From Candidatus Levyibacteriota bacterium (GTDB taxonomy: Bacteria; Patescibacteriota; Microgenomatia; Levybacterales; UBA12049): a stretch of DNA of 46,443 nucleotides. Within the stretch, counting starts at the first letter, position 1. Each line of letters opens with the position of its first letter. Location: the NCBI GenBank assembly GCA_040900105.1, contig JBBDZP010000010.1, positions 1-46,443 of the forward strand, in the 5' to 3' direction. Positions 34,422-43,269 of this stretch are shown here, one piece after another. The notes below the pieces were generated by a model. That model saw only the letters and a program-made list of their open reading frames with translations. It was not told the origin of the DNA and ran no database searches. Made by a program: the position numbers and the translations under genes.

Positions 34422-34873
34422 TGAAACAACAAACTCAATCAACAAAACTCGCAGATATAAAAAGAAGTTGGCATTTAATAGACCTTAAAGAAAAAACATT
34501 AGGAAGAATCTCAACAGATATTGCCAAACTTTTAATGGGAAAAGGTAAGCCCTATTTTGTGAGAAATCTTGATTGTGGAGATTACGTTGTTATTATTAAT
34601 GCCAAAGAAGTTAAAGTAACGGGAAAGAAAGAAACCGACAAGATATATCATAGACACTCTGGGTATCCAGGCGGAAAAAAAGAAGAGGCTTTGGGAAAAC
34701 TTAGAATAAGAAAGCCGGAGGACATAATAATTCATGCGGTTAAGGGAATGTTGCCACAGAACAAATTAAGAGATAGAATGCTTACTAGGCTATTTGTATT
34801 TGCAGGCGAAACACATAAGTATGAAGATAAATTTCGGCCAAAGGCCGATCGTCCTCTAGCCGACAAAGGTTAA
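34421..34873 (+). CDS. rplM: 50S ribosomal protein L13
   Basis: W.LIDLKEKTLGR.ST.IA.LL.GK.KP......D.GDYVV.INA..V..TG.K...K.Y.RHSGYPGG. The last 13 codons (FRPKADRPLADKG) contain the GC hairpin CGGCC-aaa-GGCCG (34835-34847). Confidence 0.95.
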   Translation: MKQQTQSTKLADIKRSWHLIDLKEKTLGRISTDIAKLLMGKGKPYFVRNLDCGDYVVIINAKEVKVTGKKETDKIYHRHSGYPGGKKEEALGKLRIRKPEDIIIHAVKGMLPQNKLRDRMLTRLFVFAGETHKYEDKFRPKADRPLADKG

Positions 34874-34892
34874 GCGAAGGTAACAAATTAGT

Positions 34893-35342
34893 ATGGCAGA
34901 ATCAACAAATAAAGATTTTATATACGCAGTTGGAAGAAGAAAATCAGCAATTGCAAGAGTGAGGCTATATAAGTCTGTTAAGGCAGGACTTTTGTGGGGT
35001 GATGCAAAAATAGAAAAAGGAAAGATTCTTGTTAACAGTAAGCCGGTTTCTGATTACTTTAGTTCGGCAGTTTCGCAGGCTCTTTATAAAGAGCCTTTTG
35101 TAGCTACAAATACTTTGGAGAAATATGCCGTAACCATTAGAGTTGCAGGTGGAGGACTTAGAGGACAATTAGATGCAGCACTTTTAGGAATTTCCCGTGC
35201 GCTCTCTGAAATTGATGTAGAAAAATACAGGCCGATTTTAAAGAAAAAAGGCATGTTAACTAGGGACGCAAGAGTAAGACAAAGAAGAAAAGTGGGTACA
35301 GGTGGAAAAGCAAGACGTCAAAAACAATCCCCAAAGAGGTAA
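34893..35342 (+). CDS. rpsI: 30S ribosomal protein S9
   Basis: AVGRRKSAIARVRL..., C-terminal LTRDARVRQRRKVGTGGKARRQKQSPKR. Confidence 0.96.
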   Translation: MAESTNKDFIYAVGRRKSAIARVRLYKSVKAGLLWGDAKIEKGKILVNSKPVSDYFSSAVSQALYKEPFVATNTLEKYAVTIRVAGGGLRGQLDAALLGISRALSEIDVEKYRPILKKKGMLTRDARVRQRRKVGTGGKARRQKQSPKR

Positions 35343-35348
35343 AAAATT

Positions 35349-36158
35349 CTAAATTGGATGAATTAGTGAAGTTGGTCTTCCTCCAAATCGTCGATCCCTT
35401 TGTGAATACTCTACCAGAGTTTCTACAACATGCTCGTTTGTCATGTCAGGAAGATTTGCTTCAATAGATACAAACTCTGCTCTGTCTCCTGGCCATCCAA
35501 GACCTGATGTTCTCATTTCTCCTGAAGTTCTAATTACTAAATCAGCTGGTCTAAAACCTTCGGCCCAACCATCTCGCAGTGAATTCCACAAGTCTTCCGT
35601 CACAAGCAGACTAGGATTTTGTCTTATCATATTAGATAACTGTTGTGCCATCCTTAGTTCCTGATCGTCCCCATTAAAATCCAGAAGAAGGCCAAACCGT
35701 CTATCGGTGTATTGTTCGGTTTCTCTTTCCGCTACTTCCAAGGTTCTCCAAAGACTTCCAAATTGTGCTCTAATTTTTTCTGGCCTACCCAACCTTTTAA
35801 ATCTTATTTTATTTTCATGAAAAATAGGCAAAGCTCTTTTAGTTGTCTCTTCCAGCACTCTCATTATTCCTCTTATCTCCTGATTTGGCCTACTCCAATT
35901 ATCATGAGAATATCCCCATGTCATCACCGTTTCTACTTCCGGAATTGTAGTGATTAATTCAAGTGCGCCAAACATTTTCCTTGCCCCAGCTCTATGACCT
36001 TCTATAGTATCTTTAATGCCAAGACCATTTGCCCAGCGGATATTACCGTCAGGAATAAAAACTACAACTTTGGGGCGGCTGGCAGACGGGGCTTCTTTGA
36101 GTCTAGGATAGCGGTCTTCGACGCTTAGGGCTTGCGATGAACCTTCGTGAATAGTCAT
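35349..36158 (-). CDS. uppS: cis-Prenyltransferase (undecaprenyl-diphosphate-synthase family), divergent
   Basis: VVFIPDGNIRWA (DGNxRWA), GYSHDNWSRP, DLVIRTSGEMRTSG and RDRRFGG are present. Confidence 0.8.
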   Translation of the reverse strand: MTIHEGSSQALSVEDRYPRLKEAPSASRPKVVVFIPDGNIRWANGLGIKDTIEGHRAGARKMFGALELITTIPEVETVMTWGYSHDNWSRPNQEIRGIMRVLEETTKRALPIFHENKIRFKRLGRPEKIRAQFGSLWRTLEVAERETEQYTDRRFGLLLDFNGDDQELRMAQQLSNMIRQNPSLLVTEDLWNSLRDGWAEGFRPADLVIRTSGEMRTSGLGWPGDRAEFVSIEANLPDMTNEHVVETLVEYSQRDRRFGGRPTSLIHPI

Positions 36159-36254
36159 AATACGGAAGTTCTATTTTACAATAAAATGGCTTCTGAAGCA
36201 AGCTTTGGTGTATTTCTAGAAGAAATGTATATTTGTTGTATAATACTAAGACTT

Positions 36255-36328
36255 CGGGGTGTAGTATAACGGTAGTACGCCGCGCTGGGGGTGCGGTAGC
36301 TGGAGTTCAATTCTCCACACCCCGACCA
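36255..36328 (+). tRNA. tRNA-Pro (anticodon GGG), CCA encoded
   Basis: I folded it manually. The acceptor is CGGGGTG/CACCCCG (C1:G72, typical of Pro) with U8. The D arm is GTAT-aacggta-GTAC. The anticodon arm is CCGCG-cTGGGgg-TGCGG with G37. The T arm is TGGAG-ttcaatt-CTCCA. A73 and CCA follow. Confidence 0.9.
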
Positions 36329-36376
36329 TCTAAACTAACTATTGCTTTTTTAAAAAAAGTTACCTAGAATGGGTGC

Positions 36377-37489
36377 ATGCCAAAGCACACAGAGACAAAG
36401 AAACAAACCCCCAATGGAGTAAGCCTTCGGCAGAGCTCAGGACAGGCAGAATCCTCCCAAAAACTAGAAGCAGTCCGTCTTGCAATGGAACAAATTGAAA
36501 AGCAGTACGGAAGAGGGTCTATTATGCGCTTTGGAGAGGGAGGCCAGAAGTTTGATATCTCCGTAATCTCCACAGGATGCCTTCCCTTAGACTTGGCGCT
36601 TGGAGTAGGCGGAGTGCCAAGGGGAAGAATTGTGGAAATTTTTGGTCCTGAGGCGTCAGGCAAAACTACAATTTGTCTCTCAGTTATTGCACAAGCGCAG
36701 AAGCATGGCGGCGTTGCAGCTTTTATTGATGCAGAACATGCACTTGATCCGCTTTGGGCAGAGACGCTTGGAGTAAAACTTGATGAACTCTTAATTTCTC
36801 AGCCGGACACAGGAGAGCAGGCATTAGAAATTGCAGAGTCACTTATTAGAAGCGGTGGAGTGGACGTTCTGGTTATAGATTCTGTTGCCGCGCTAGTTCC
36901 CCGAGCTGAAATAGAAGGAGAAATGGGAGATTCAATGATGGGGCTTCAAGCCCGCCTTATGTCCCAGGCTTTAAGAAAATTAACAGGAGTAATTTCCAAA
37001 TCAAAAACGGTTGTTATTTTTACAAATCAGCTAAGACAAAAAATTGGAGTAATGTTTGGAAATCCGGAGACCACAACCGGCGGACTTGCTCTAAAGTTTT
37101 ATTCATCGGTAAGAATTGATGTTAGAAAAATAGAAACAATTAAAGATGGAGATAAAGCTATTGGTTCCCGGCATAGAGCAAAAATTGTGAAGAACAAAGT
37201 GTCTGCTCCTTTTAGGATTGCGGAGTTTGATGTGATGGGAGTTGAGGGATTATCAAGAGAAGGTGGCATTGTGGATGTTGGGGTAGAGATGGGAATAATC
37301 CAAAAGTCCGGAGCATTCTTTAGGTATGGAGAGTTAATGTTGGGACAAGGAAAAGAAGCAGCAAAAATATTTCTCAAAGAAAAAGCAGATGTTGCCAAAA
37401 AAATCGTTGACGAAATTATGAAAATGAGTAAATCTTCAACTACAACCCCAGTGGTAGTCGGCGCAGAAGAAAAAGAGCCACTTATTTAA
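36377..37489 (+). CDS. recA: Recombinase A
   Basis: Walker [18 protein letters not shown] and VIDSVAAL are present. A ~28-aa N-terminal extension carries the repeat-encoded [10 protein letters not shown]. Confidence 0.96.
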   Translation: MPKHTETKKQTPNGVSLRQSSGQAESSQKLEAVRLAMEQIEKQYGRGSIMRFGEGGQKFDISVISTGCLPLDLALGVGGVPRGRIVEIFGPEASGKTTICLSVIAQAQKHGGVAAFIDAEHALDPLWAETLGVKLDELLISQPDTGEQALEIAESLIRSGGVDVLVIDSVAALVPRAEIEGEMGDSMMGLQARLMSQALRKLTGVISKSKTVVIFTNQLRQKIGVMFGNPETTTGGLALKFYSSVRIDVRKIETIKDGDKAIGSRHRAKIVKNKVSAPFRIAEFDVMGVEGLSREGGIVDVGVEMGIIQKSGAFFRYGELMLGQGKEAAKIFLKEKADVAKKIVDEIMKMSKSSTTTPVVVGAEEKEPLI

Positions 37490-37586
37490 ATAGGCGAGAG
37501 TTAAAAGAGTGAGAAGAGGTGAATAGCTTACTGGATATTGTTTTGCAAAGGGAAATTTCCTTATATTTAATTGCAGTTGGTAATAT

Positions 37587-38867
37587 ATGAAATATACAAA
37601 AAGGATTTTTAAGAATAGACTTACTCTTATATCAATTACAGATTTATCAACAAGTGCTGTAACAATAGAAGCATATGTTAGGGCTGGGTTTAGATTCGAT
37701 CCAATAGATAAGCCGGGTCTCTCTCATTTTACGGAACATATAATTTTTAATGCCACAAATAGCTCTCCGAATCTTAGCAAGTTAGCTCAAAATGTTGAAA
37801 GATATGGAGGTTGGCGCAGTGCATTTACATGGGTTGAAAATCAAAAACATACTATTCATTTGCCAAAAGATAATTTTGTAGACGGAGCTAAATTAATGTT
37901 AGGAACGATTTTCGAACCACCCATTACAGAGTCTGAAATAAAGAAAGAGAAGGGTGTAGTAAAAGAAGAAATTCTCAGAAATAAATCCGATCCTTCAAAA
38001 GGGATTTGGGATTATGCTTGGTTTCCTCTATTTTTTCAAGGGACAAGTTTATCCAGACCCTACTCTGGCACTGTAGAAGATATCTCAAAGATTTCTAAAT
38101 CAGACGTAAGTTCGTTTGTTTCTAGTTATTTTCGGCCCGAAAATGTCGTTATATTTGTTGCCGGCGACTTGGAACCAGCATGCATACAAGAAGTAGTTGA
38201 TAAATACAGCAAGAAATATACAAGTAGTTCTAAAAAAGAAAACGTGGTTCCTCTTGCTCCAAAAATAAAGAAGCAGGTACTCGTACACACTGATGCTTCC
38301 TATTATCAAACATCTATAGCTATTGGTATAAAAACAGTTCCTTTTAATTCTCAATTAAAATCTAGATTAGATATCTTACTGGATATGTTATCAGGATATT
38401 TCGGAACACCTCTAATACAAGAACTAAGAGATAAGGGAGGTCTTATATATACATGGTATTCATTTCAAGACAACTTAAGTGATAATGGATATTTACTATT
38501 TAACATTTCAGTAGACCACAAGAATGTAAATCTAGTAACAAAAATAGTGCTTCAGGAATTCTCTAGGTTTGCAAGAGGCGATTTTAAAGAGGAGGAAGTA
38601 GAAAAGGCAAAAAGCCATTTAATTGGGAGTATTTTAGCTAATACTGAGACAGGACGAGACTATATAGAATGGTATGGGTTACAAGAATTGCTAAGCCCCA
38701 AGAAAATATTACACATTGAAGATAAAATAAAGATATATAAAGAAATTAATAGCCGAGAGCTTAAGGATATCGCTTCGCAATGTTTTAATAGAAACAACAT
38801 ATTTATAGCGGCTGTTGGAAGTGCTGATGAGACTTCTTTGTCAAAATTAATATTAGAATGGAGATAG
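37587..38867 (+). CDS. M16 (pitrilysin/insulinase) family zinc peptidase
   Basis: The inverted zinc motif HxxEH is present in LSHFTEHIIFNAT. 426 aa with a two-domain length. Confidence 0.8.
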   Translation: MKYTKRIFKNRLTLISITDLSTSAVTIEAYVRAGFRFDPIDKPGLSHFTEHIIFNATNSSPNLSKLAQNVERYGGWRSAFTWVENQKHTIHLPKDNFVDGAKLMLGTIFEPPITESEIKKEKGVVKEEILRNKSDPSKGIWDYAWFPLFFQGTSLSRPYSGTVEDISKISKSDVSSFVSSYFRPENVVIFVAGDLEPACIQEVVDKYSKKYTSSSKKENVVPLAPKIKKQVLVHTDASYYQTSIAIGIKTVPFNSQLKSRLDILLDMLSGYFGTPLIQELRDKGGLIYTWYSFQDNLSDNGYLLFNISVDHKNVNLVTKIVLQEFSRFARGDFKEEEVEKAKSHLIGSILANTETGRDYIEWYGLQELLSPKKILHIEDKIKIYKEINSRELKDIASQCFNRNNIFIAAVGSADETSLSKLILEWR

Positions 38868-39322
38868 ATAGTTTTGAAAAGTATTGGAATTCCTCGTTAA
38901 AATTTTTATCTTACCGTCCTAGGTCTGAAAAGGAAGTAAGAGATAACCTACTTAAGAAAAAAGCTACCCAAGAAGTTATTGAAGCAGTAATTAAAAGACT
39001 TAAGGGGCATAAATTTATAAATGATGAAGAATTCGCAAGCTGGTTTGTAAGGAGTAGGATTGGTGTCAAACCAAAGGCTGCAAGAATTATAAAGATGGAA
39101 TTAAAGCAAAAAGGAATAAGCGAGGAAACAATTGACAATTTACAATTTACAATTGACGATTTGGAAAATGCAAAGAAGCTTTTGGAGAAAAAGGTTGAAA
39201 GATATAAAAATTTGGAGAGAAATGAGATCTATAACAAGTTGGGAAGTTTTCTTGCCCGCCGGGGGTTTGATTGGGATACAGTAAAAAAAGCAATCGATGG
39301 AGTTATCTTCGAAAGCCATTGA
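38858..39322 (+). CDS. recX: Regulatory protein RecX
   Basis: ALKFLSYRPRSEKEVRDNLLKK...VI..L....FINDEEFA..FVRSR. It has three-helix repeat architecture and lies near recA. Confidence 0.82.
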   Translation: MEIDSFEKYWNSSLKFLSYRPRSEKEVRDNLLKKKATQEVIEAVIKRLKGHKFINDEEFASWFVRSRIGVKPKAARIIKMELKQKGISEETIDNLQFTIDDLENAKKLLEKKVERYKNLERNEIYNKLGSFLARRGFDWDTVKKAIDGVIFESH

Positions 39323-39365
39323 GGAGCTGGCAGCCCAGCTTATAATTCTCTGATATAATTGCCTT

Positions 39366-39911
39366 ATGAAAGTGTTTATCGAAAGAGACAATATTGTTCT
39401 TAAGCAATTTAACCTTACCGAAGCAAAGAATTTATTTGAATTAGTTGACCAAAACAGACAGTATTTGGAAAAGTGGCTTTCTTGGGTTGAGAAAACGAAA
39501 TCAGTAAAAGACATTGAAGATTTTATAAAGAAAGAGAGTGAAAAATTTGGCAAAGGAGAAGGAATATGTCTTGGAATTTGGTGTGATAAAGAACTCGCTG
39601 GCGTAATAAGCTTTAATTTCATTAACAAAATGAATAAAAGCGGAAATATTGGATATTGGCTAGATGAAAAACATCAAGGAAAAGGAATAATAACTAATGC
39701 TTGCAGATTGTTAATTGATTATGGTTTTAAAACTTTAAAACTACATAGAGTTGATATTTCCCATGCAATGGGCAATGAAAGAAGTGCAGGAGTTATAAAA
39801 AGACTTGGATTTGTTCATGAGGGACACTTTAGAAAATCTGAACTAATACAGGCGGGATTTGCGGATCAGGAATATTACGGTTTATTAGCTGACGAGTGGG
39901 GAAAGCAATAG
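39366..39911 (+). CDS. GNAT N-acetyltransferase, RimJ/RimL-like
   Basis: IGYWLDEKHQGKGIIT and NERSAGVIKRLGFVHEG are present. 181 aa. Confidence 0.8.
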   Translation: MKVFIERDNIVLKQFNLTEAKNLFELVDQNRQYLEKWLSWVEKTKSVKDIEDFIKKESEKFGKGEGICLGIWCDKELAGVISFNFINKMNKSGNIGYWLDEKHQGKGIITNACRLLIDYGFKTLKLHRVDISHAMGNERSAGVIKRLGFVHEGHFRKSELIQAGFADQEYYGLLADEWGKQ

Positions 39912-39992
39912 TTTTCAAATAAAGCACCTCTTAATGTTATCAATATAAGTGGATATAGCTTTGGCTAAACTTTACTAAGGTCAAACGAGCAA

Positions 39993-40022
39993 TTGACGAG
40001 AAGATAGGACGCGGAGTATAAT
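39993..40022 (+). promoter_or_regulatory. Promoter upstream of rny (TTGACG-18 nt-TATAAT)
   Basis: TTGACG at 39993-39998 and TATAAT at 40017-40022. This predicts a leader of about 105 nt. Confidence 0.5.
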
Positions 40023-40135
40023 TGCATAAGACAAGAGGAAAGATGTCCTATGAGAAATAGTAGTTTTAGAAAATATACATCTTCAAAGATCCTAAGCTAG
40101 CGCTGGGTTCCTCCTTTCTGTCTTCAAATATAAAT

Positions 40136-41401
40136 ATGGCACAAGATCAAGATTTAGTAGTTTTAGAAAAAAAGCTTCTTGAGAAAGAAGAAAGACTTGA
40201 GGAGCAAAAGCTAAAATTAGAAAAAGAGCAAGAAAAGCTAACTCATGCAAAAGAAGAGTATTCAGAGAAGCTTCAAAAAATAACTTCTCTAACTGAAGAA
40301 GAAGCAAAAAAAGAATTACTTAGTGAAGTAGAGCAAAGGCAAACGCAAGTTGTTGCAAAAATTATTAAGGAAAGAGAAGAAGAAGCAAAGAGAACTGCTG
40401 ATAAAAAGGCTCAAGAAATCCTAGTTGAGAGCATGCGTCACGGCGCCCTTAACTACATTGCGGAGTATACTGTCTCTACAATTCAGATCCCAAACGAAGA
40501 CATTAAGGGCAGAATCATTGGGAAAGAAGGAAGGAATATTAGAGCCTTTGAGCAGGCAACGGGCGTAGATGTTGACTTAGATGAAGAAGGAATAATAAGG
40601 CTCTCTTCTTTTGATCAGATAAGACGCGAAGTAGCAAGAAGATCTCTGGAGAAGCTTGTAAAGGATACAAGAATTCAACCTTTTAGAATTGAGGAAATTG
40701 TTGCCCAGTCAAAGCAGGAGCTTGATAAGGTTCTTCTGGAAGAGGGAGAAAAGCTTGCACAAGAAGCAGGAGTCTTTAATCTCCCAGCCGAGATCCTATC
40801 AGTTCTGGGGCGATTTAAATTTAGGACCTCTTATGGACAAAACCTGGTGGTCCACACACTTGAAGAGACAAAGATAGGTGTGCATATAGCCCAGGAAATT
40901 GGAGCAGACGCAAATATTGTAAGACTAGGATGCCTATTTCATGATATTGGAAAAGTTTTAGAAGGAGATGGAAGTCACGTAAAACTTGGAGTAGAATTCT
41001 TAAAACGCCATAACATTGCGGAGCCTATTATTAACTGTGTTGCAGAACATCATGAAGACAAGCCTTTCTCATCCCTAGAATCGGTTATTGTTTCTATCTC
41101 CGATGCAATATCGGGAGCAAGGCCGGGCGCTCGCTACGAGGACTATGAAGGATATGTAAAAAGGCTTACCGAGATGGAAGAAATTGCCAAAAAATACGAA
41201 GGAGTAGAAGACGCTTATGCATTTGAAGCAGGACGAGAACTGCGTGTCATCATAAATCCGGGAACTTTGGATGATGCACAAACAGTTCTTGCTGCGGATA
41301 AGATAAGGGATGAAATAAGCAAGGCATCTCTGGCAATTCCAGGAGAAGTTAAAGTTACGGCAATTAGAGAATTCCGCGCAGTGTCCCAGGAGAACACCTA
41401 A
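40136..41401 (+). CDS. rny: Ribonuclease Y (KH + HD domains), lacking the usual N-terminal transmembrane anchor
   Basis: It has a coiled-coil N-terminus, a KH domain (GRIIGKEGRNIRAFEQATGVDV) and an HD domain (LFHDIGK ... AEHHED). At 421 aa, no hydrophobic N-terminal segment is encoded in frame. Confidence 0.88.
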   Translation: MAQDQDLVVLEKKLLEKEERLEEQKLKLEKEQEKLTHAKEEYSEKLQKITSLTEEEAKKELLSEVEQRQTQVVAKIIKEREEEAKRTADKKAQEILVESMRHGALNYIAEYTVSTIQIPNEDIKGRIIGKEGRNIRAFEQATGVDVDLDEEGIIRLSSFDQIRREVARRSLEKLVKDTRIQPFRIEEIVAQSKQELDKVLLEEGEKLAQEAGVFNLPAEILSVLGRFKFRTSYGQNLVVHTLEETKIGVHIAQEIGADANIVRLGCLFHDIGKVLEGDGSHVKLGVEFLKRHNIAEPIINCVAEHHEDKPFSSLESVIVSISDAISGARPGARYEDYEGYVKRLTEMEEIAKKYEGVEDAYAFEAGRELRVIINPGTLDDAQTVLAADKIRDEISKASLAIPGEVKVTAIREFRAVSQENT

Positions 41402-41552
41402 TCTTACCTAATTGATATATTGACAACATTCCGTTTTCATTGTATTGTTAAGCTAAATTAAGGAGCCCGCCTAAGCTTGCCGTTCGCCTTTTCAATTCTA
41501 TTCGAATACGGCTCACGGAGCGCTTGAGCGGCGGACAGGGGGGTGATTATAA

Positions 41553-41825
41553 ATGACAAAAAGAGACCTTATTGAGGTAGTTGCCAAAAAAGCAAACCTA
41601 ACAAATAAAGCTTCAAGAGACGCAGTTCAAGCATTTATATTTTCAATCCGCGATTCGCTTAAAAGAGGAGAGAAAGTTGTAATCACTGGTTTTGGAACCT
41701 TTAGTGTAAGAAGCAGAGCGGAAAGAATTGGAAGAAATCCAAAAACGGGAGAAAAAATAACCATTTTAGCAAGGAAAGCACCAGGTTTTACTCCAGGAAA
41801 GACATTGAAGAAAGTTGTAAGGTAA
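41553..41825 (+). CDS. hup: DNA-binding protein HU
   Basis: 90 aa. MTKRDLIEVVAKK...GFGTFSVRSRAERIGRNPKTGEKI.I.A...P.F.PGK.LK. Confidence 0.94.
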   Translation: MTKRDLIEVVAKKANLTNKASRDAVQAFIFSIRDSLKRGEKVVITGFGTFSVRSRAERIGRNPKTGEKITILARKAPGFTPGKTLKKVVR

Positions 41826-41868
41826 AAGATTTAAAATAGAAATTTTGGTATAATAACCAGAGTCAAAT

Positions 41869-42900
41869 ATGACCATTAGGCTTCGGACGGTTTTTTTTAT
41901 AATTCTAGCTTTACTAACGTGTTGGTTTTTATATCTTGAAAGAGCAATTCTTGCCCCTTTTGTGTTGGCTGCTATATTTGCTTATATCTTTAACCCTGTT
42001 GTCAGTTTTCTATCATCAAAAATAAAACTTCCCAGAACCATATCAATAATTCTTATCTGGGCAATAATAATTGGAGTTCTTATTGTTGGTGGAATGTTTA
42101 TTGTAAGGCGTGCAGTAGTAGAGCTTGCGGGCCTTAAAGAATATATACAAGATTGGACAGCTATGGCAAAAACGCAAGCTATTGCTCTGCCCGAATTTGT
42201 CAGGCCGACCCTTAACGAGACTCTTTCATCGCTGCAAAAAACTGTTCTTACAACTTCTATATCTCTCTTCTCGGTCTTTCCTCAAGCTGTGTCAGGGGTT
42301 ATTAGCTTCTTTATTTTTTTGGTATCCTCTTTTTATTTTCTCAAGGAAGGAAGGAATGTTTTTGATAAATTCTTAAATTTTATACCCCAGGATTACAGGC
42401 TAGAAGCAGAAATCCTTCTTAGAAAAATTAATGAAGTTTTGGGCGATTACCTAAGAGGGCAACTGCTTGTTATCCTGACTTCATTTCTATTGTTCTTTGC
42501 TTTCTACACAATAATCGGCGTCAAATTCGCATTAATGCTTGCTCTAGTTGCTGGATTTTTGGAAGTGGTTGTATTGATAGGACCGCTTGTCTCAGGAGTA
42601 TTAGCGGTTATAGTTGTCCTTCTTTCCGGAGTTTCTAATTTTAATTTAAGTCTTTTACAAGCAGTAGCTGTCGTTATAGTCGGCAATTTTATTATAAGAC
42701 AGATACAGGATTATGTTATTACGCCGGGCATTATGGGAAAAGTTGTTAAGCTTCACCCGCTTATTATCCTTTTTGCGGTTTTGGCAGGGGGACACATGGC
42801 GGGCATCCTAGGTCTAGTTCTCGCAGTGCCCATCGCCGCAGTTATAAGAATTATATTATTGTTTGTGGTTGATAAGATAAATGAGAAGAAGCAAGCTTGA
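41869..42900 (+). CDS. AI-2E family transporter (PerM/UPF0118 permease)
   Basis: 343 aa with about 8 TM segments and the characteristic C-terminal half (GFLEVVVLIGPLVSG ... HPLIILFAVLAGGHMAGILGLVLAVPIAA). Confidence 0.8.
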   Translation: MTIRLRTVFFIILALLTCWFLYLERAILAPFVLAAIFAYIFNPVVSFLSSKIKLPRTISIILIWAIIIGVLIVGGMFIVRRAVVELAGLKEYIQDWTAMAKTQAIALPEFVRPTLNETLSSLQKTVLTTSISLFSVFPQAVSGVISFFIFLVSSFYFLKEGRNVFDKFLNFIPQDYRLEAEILLRKINEVLGDYLRGQLLVILTSFLLFFAFYTIIGVKFALMLALVAGFLEVVVLIGPLVSGVLAVIVVLLSGVSNFNLSLLQAVAVVIVGNFIIRQIQDYVITPGIMGKVVKLHPLIILFAVLAGGHMAGILGLVLAVPIAAVIRIILLFVVDKINEKKQA

Positions 42901-42929
42901 TTTTAGCCTCTAAATTTAGTAAAATACCC

Positions 42930-43267
42930 ATGCTCTAGGAAGAAGGACCGCTACTGTGTTGACTTAATATCAATATAGAGGAAAGTCCAGACAGGTTTAA
43001 AGCCGGGGATGGAGCGTAAGCTCCGACTAGAAATAGCTGGTTTCCAAGTCTTTTACCTACATGTGGGATTTGGAACAGGTTCTGAATTAACAGGACTTGA
43101 GAGCAACAGAGACGAGTAGGTGTGAAACGGGCAATCCTACCTGCTGCAACCTCCGAATGATGCGTTCTGCATTGCAGAATTACCTTGCTTTAGGGGAGCA
43201 TCAAAGTTAGAGGGCATAGATAGATTGCGGTAAAAACAGAATCTGGCTTATTCTCTTCCTAGAGCAT
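42930..43267 (+). ncRNA. rnpB: RNase P RNA (bacterial type)
   Basis: CR-I GAGGAAAGTCCAGAC lies at about 42978, and CR-V ACAGAATCTGGCTTA at about 43237. The P1 helix pairs ATGCTCTAGGAAGA (42930-) with TCTCTTCCTAGAGCAT (-43267). Confidence 0.85.
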
Positions 43268-43269
43268 TT

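Noticed and set aside
36346-36360. A/T palindrome CTTTTTTAAAAAAAG between tRNA-Pro and recA as a terminator.
   Set aside because: It has no GC stem and would be too unstable as a hairpin. It is probably just an A/T tract.
36364-36663. Minus-strand 99-aa ORF overlapping the recA start and the tRNA-Pro downstream region.
   Set aside because: It is antisense to the well-supported recA N-terminus, Pro/Ser-rich, and without motifs.
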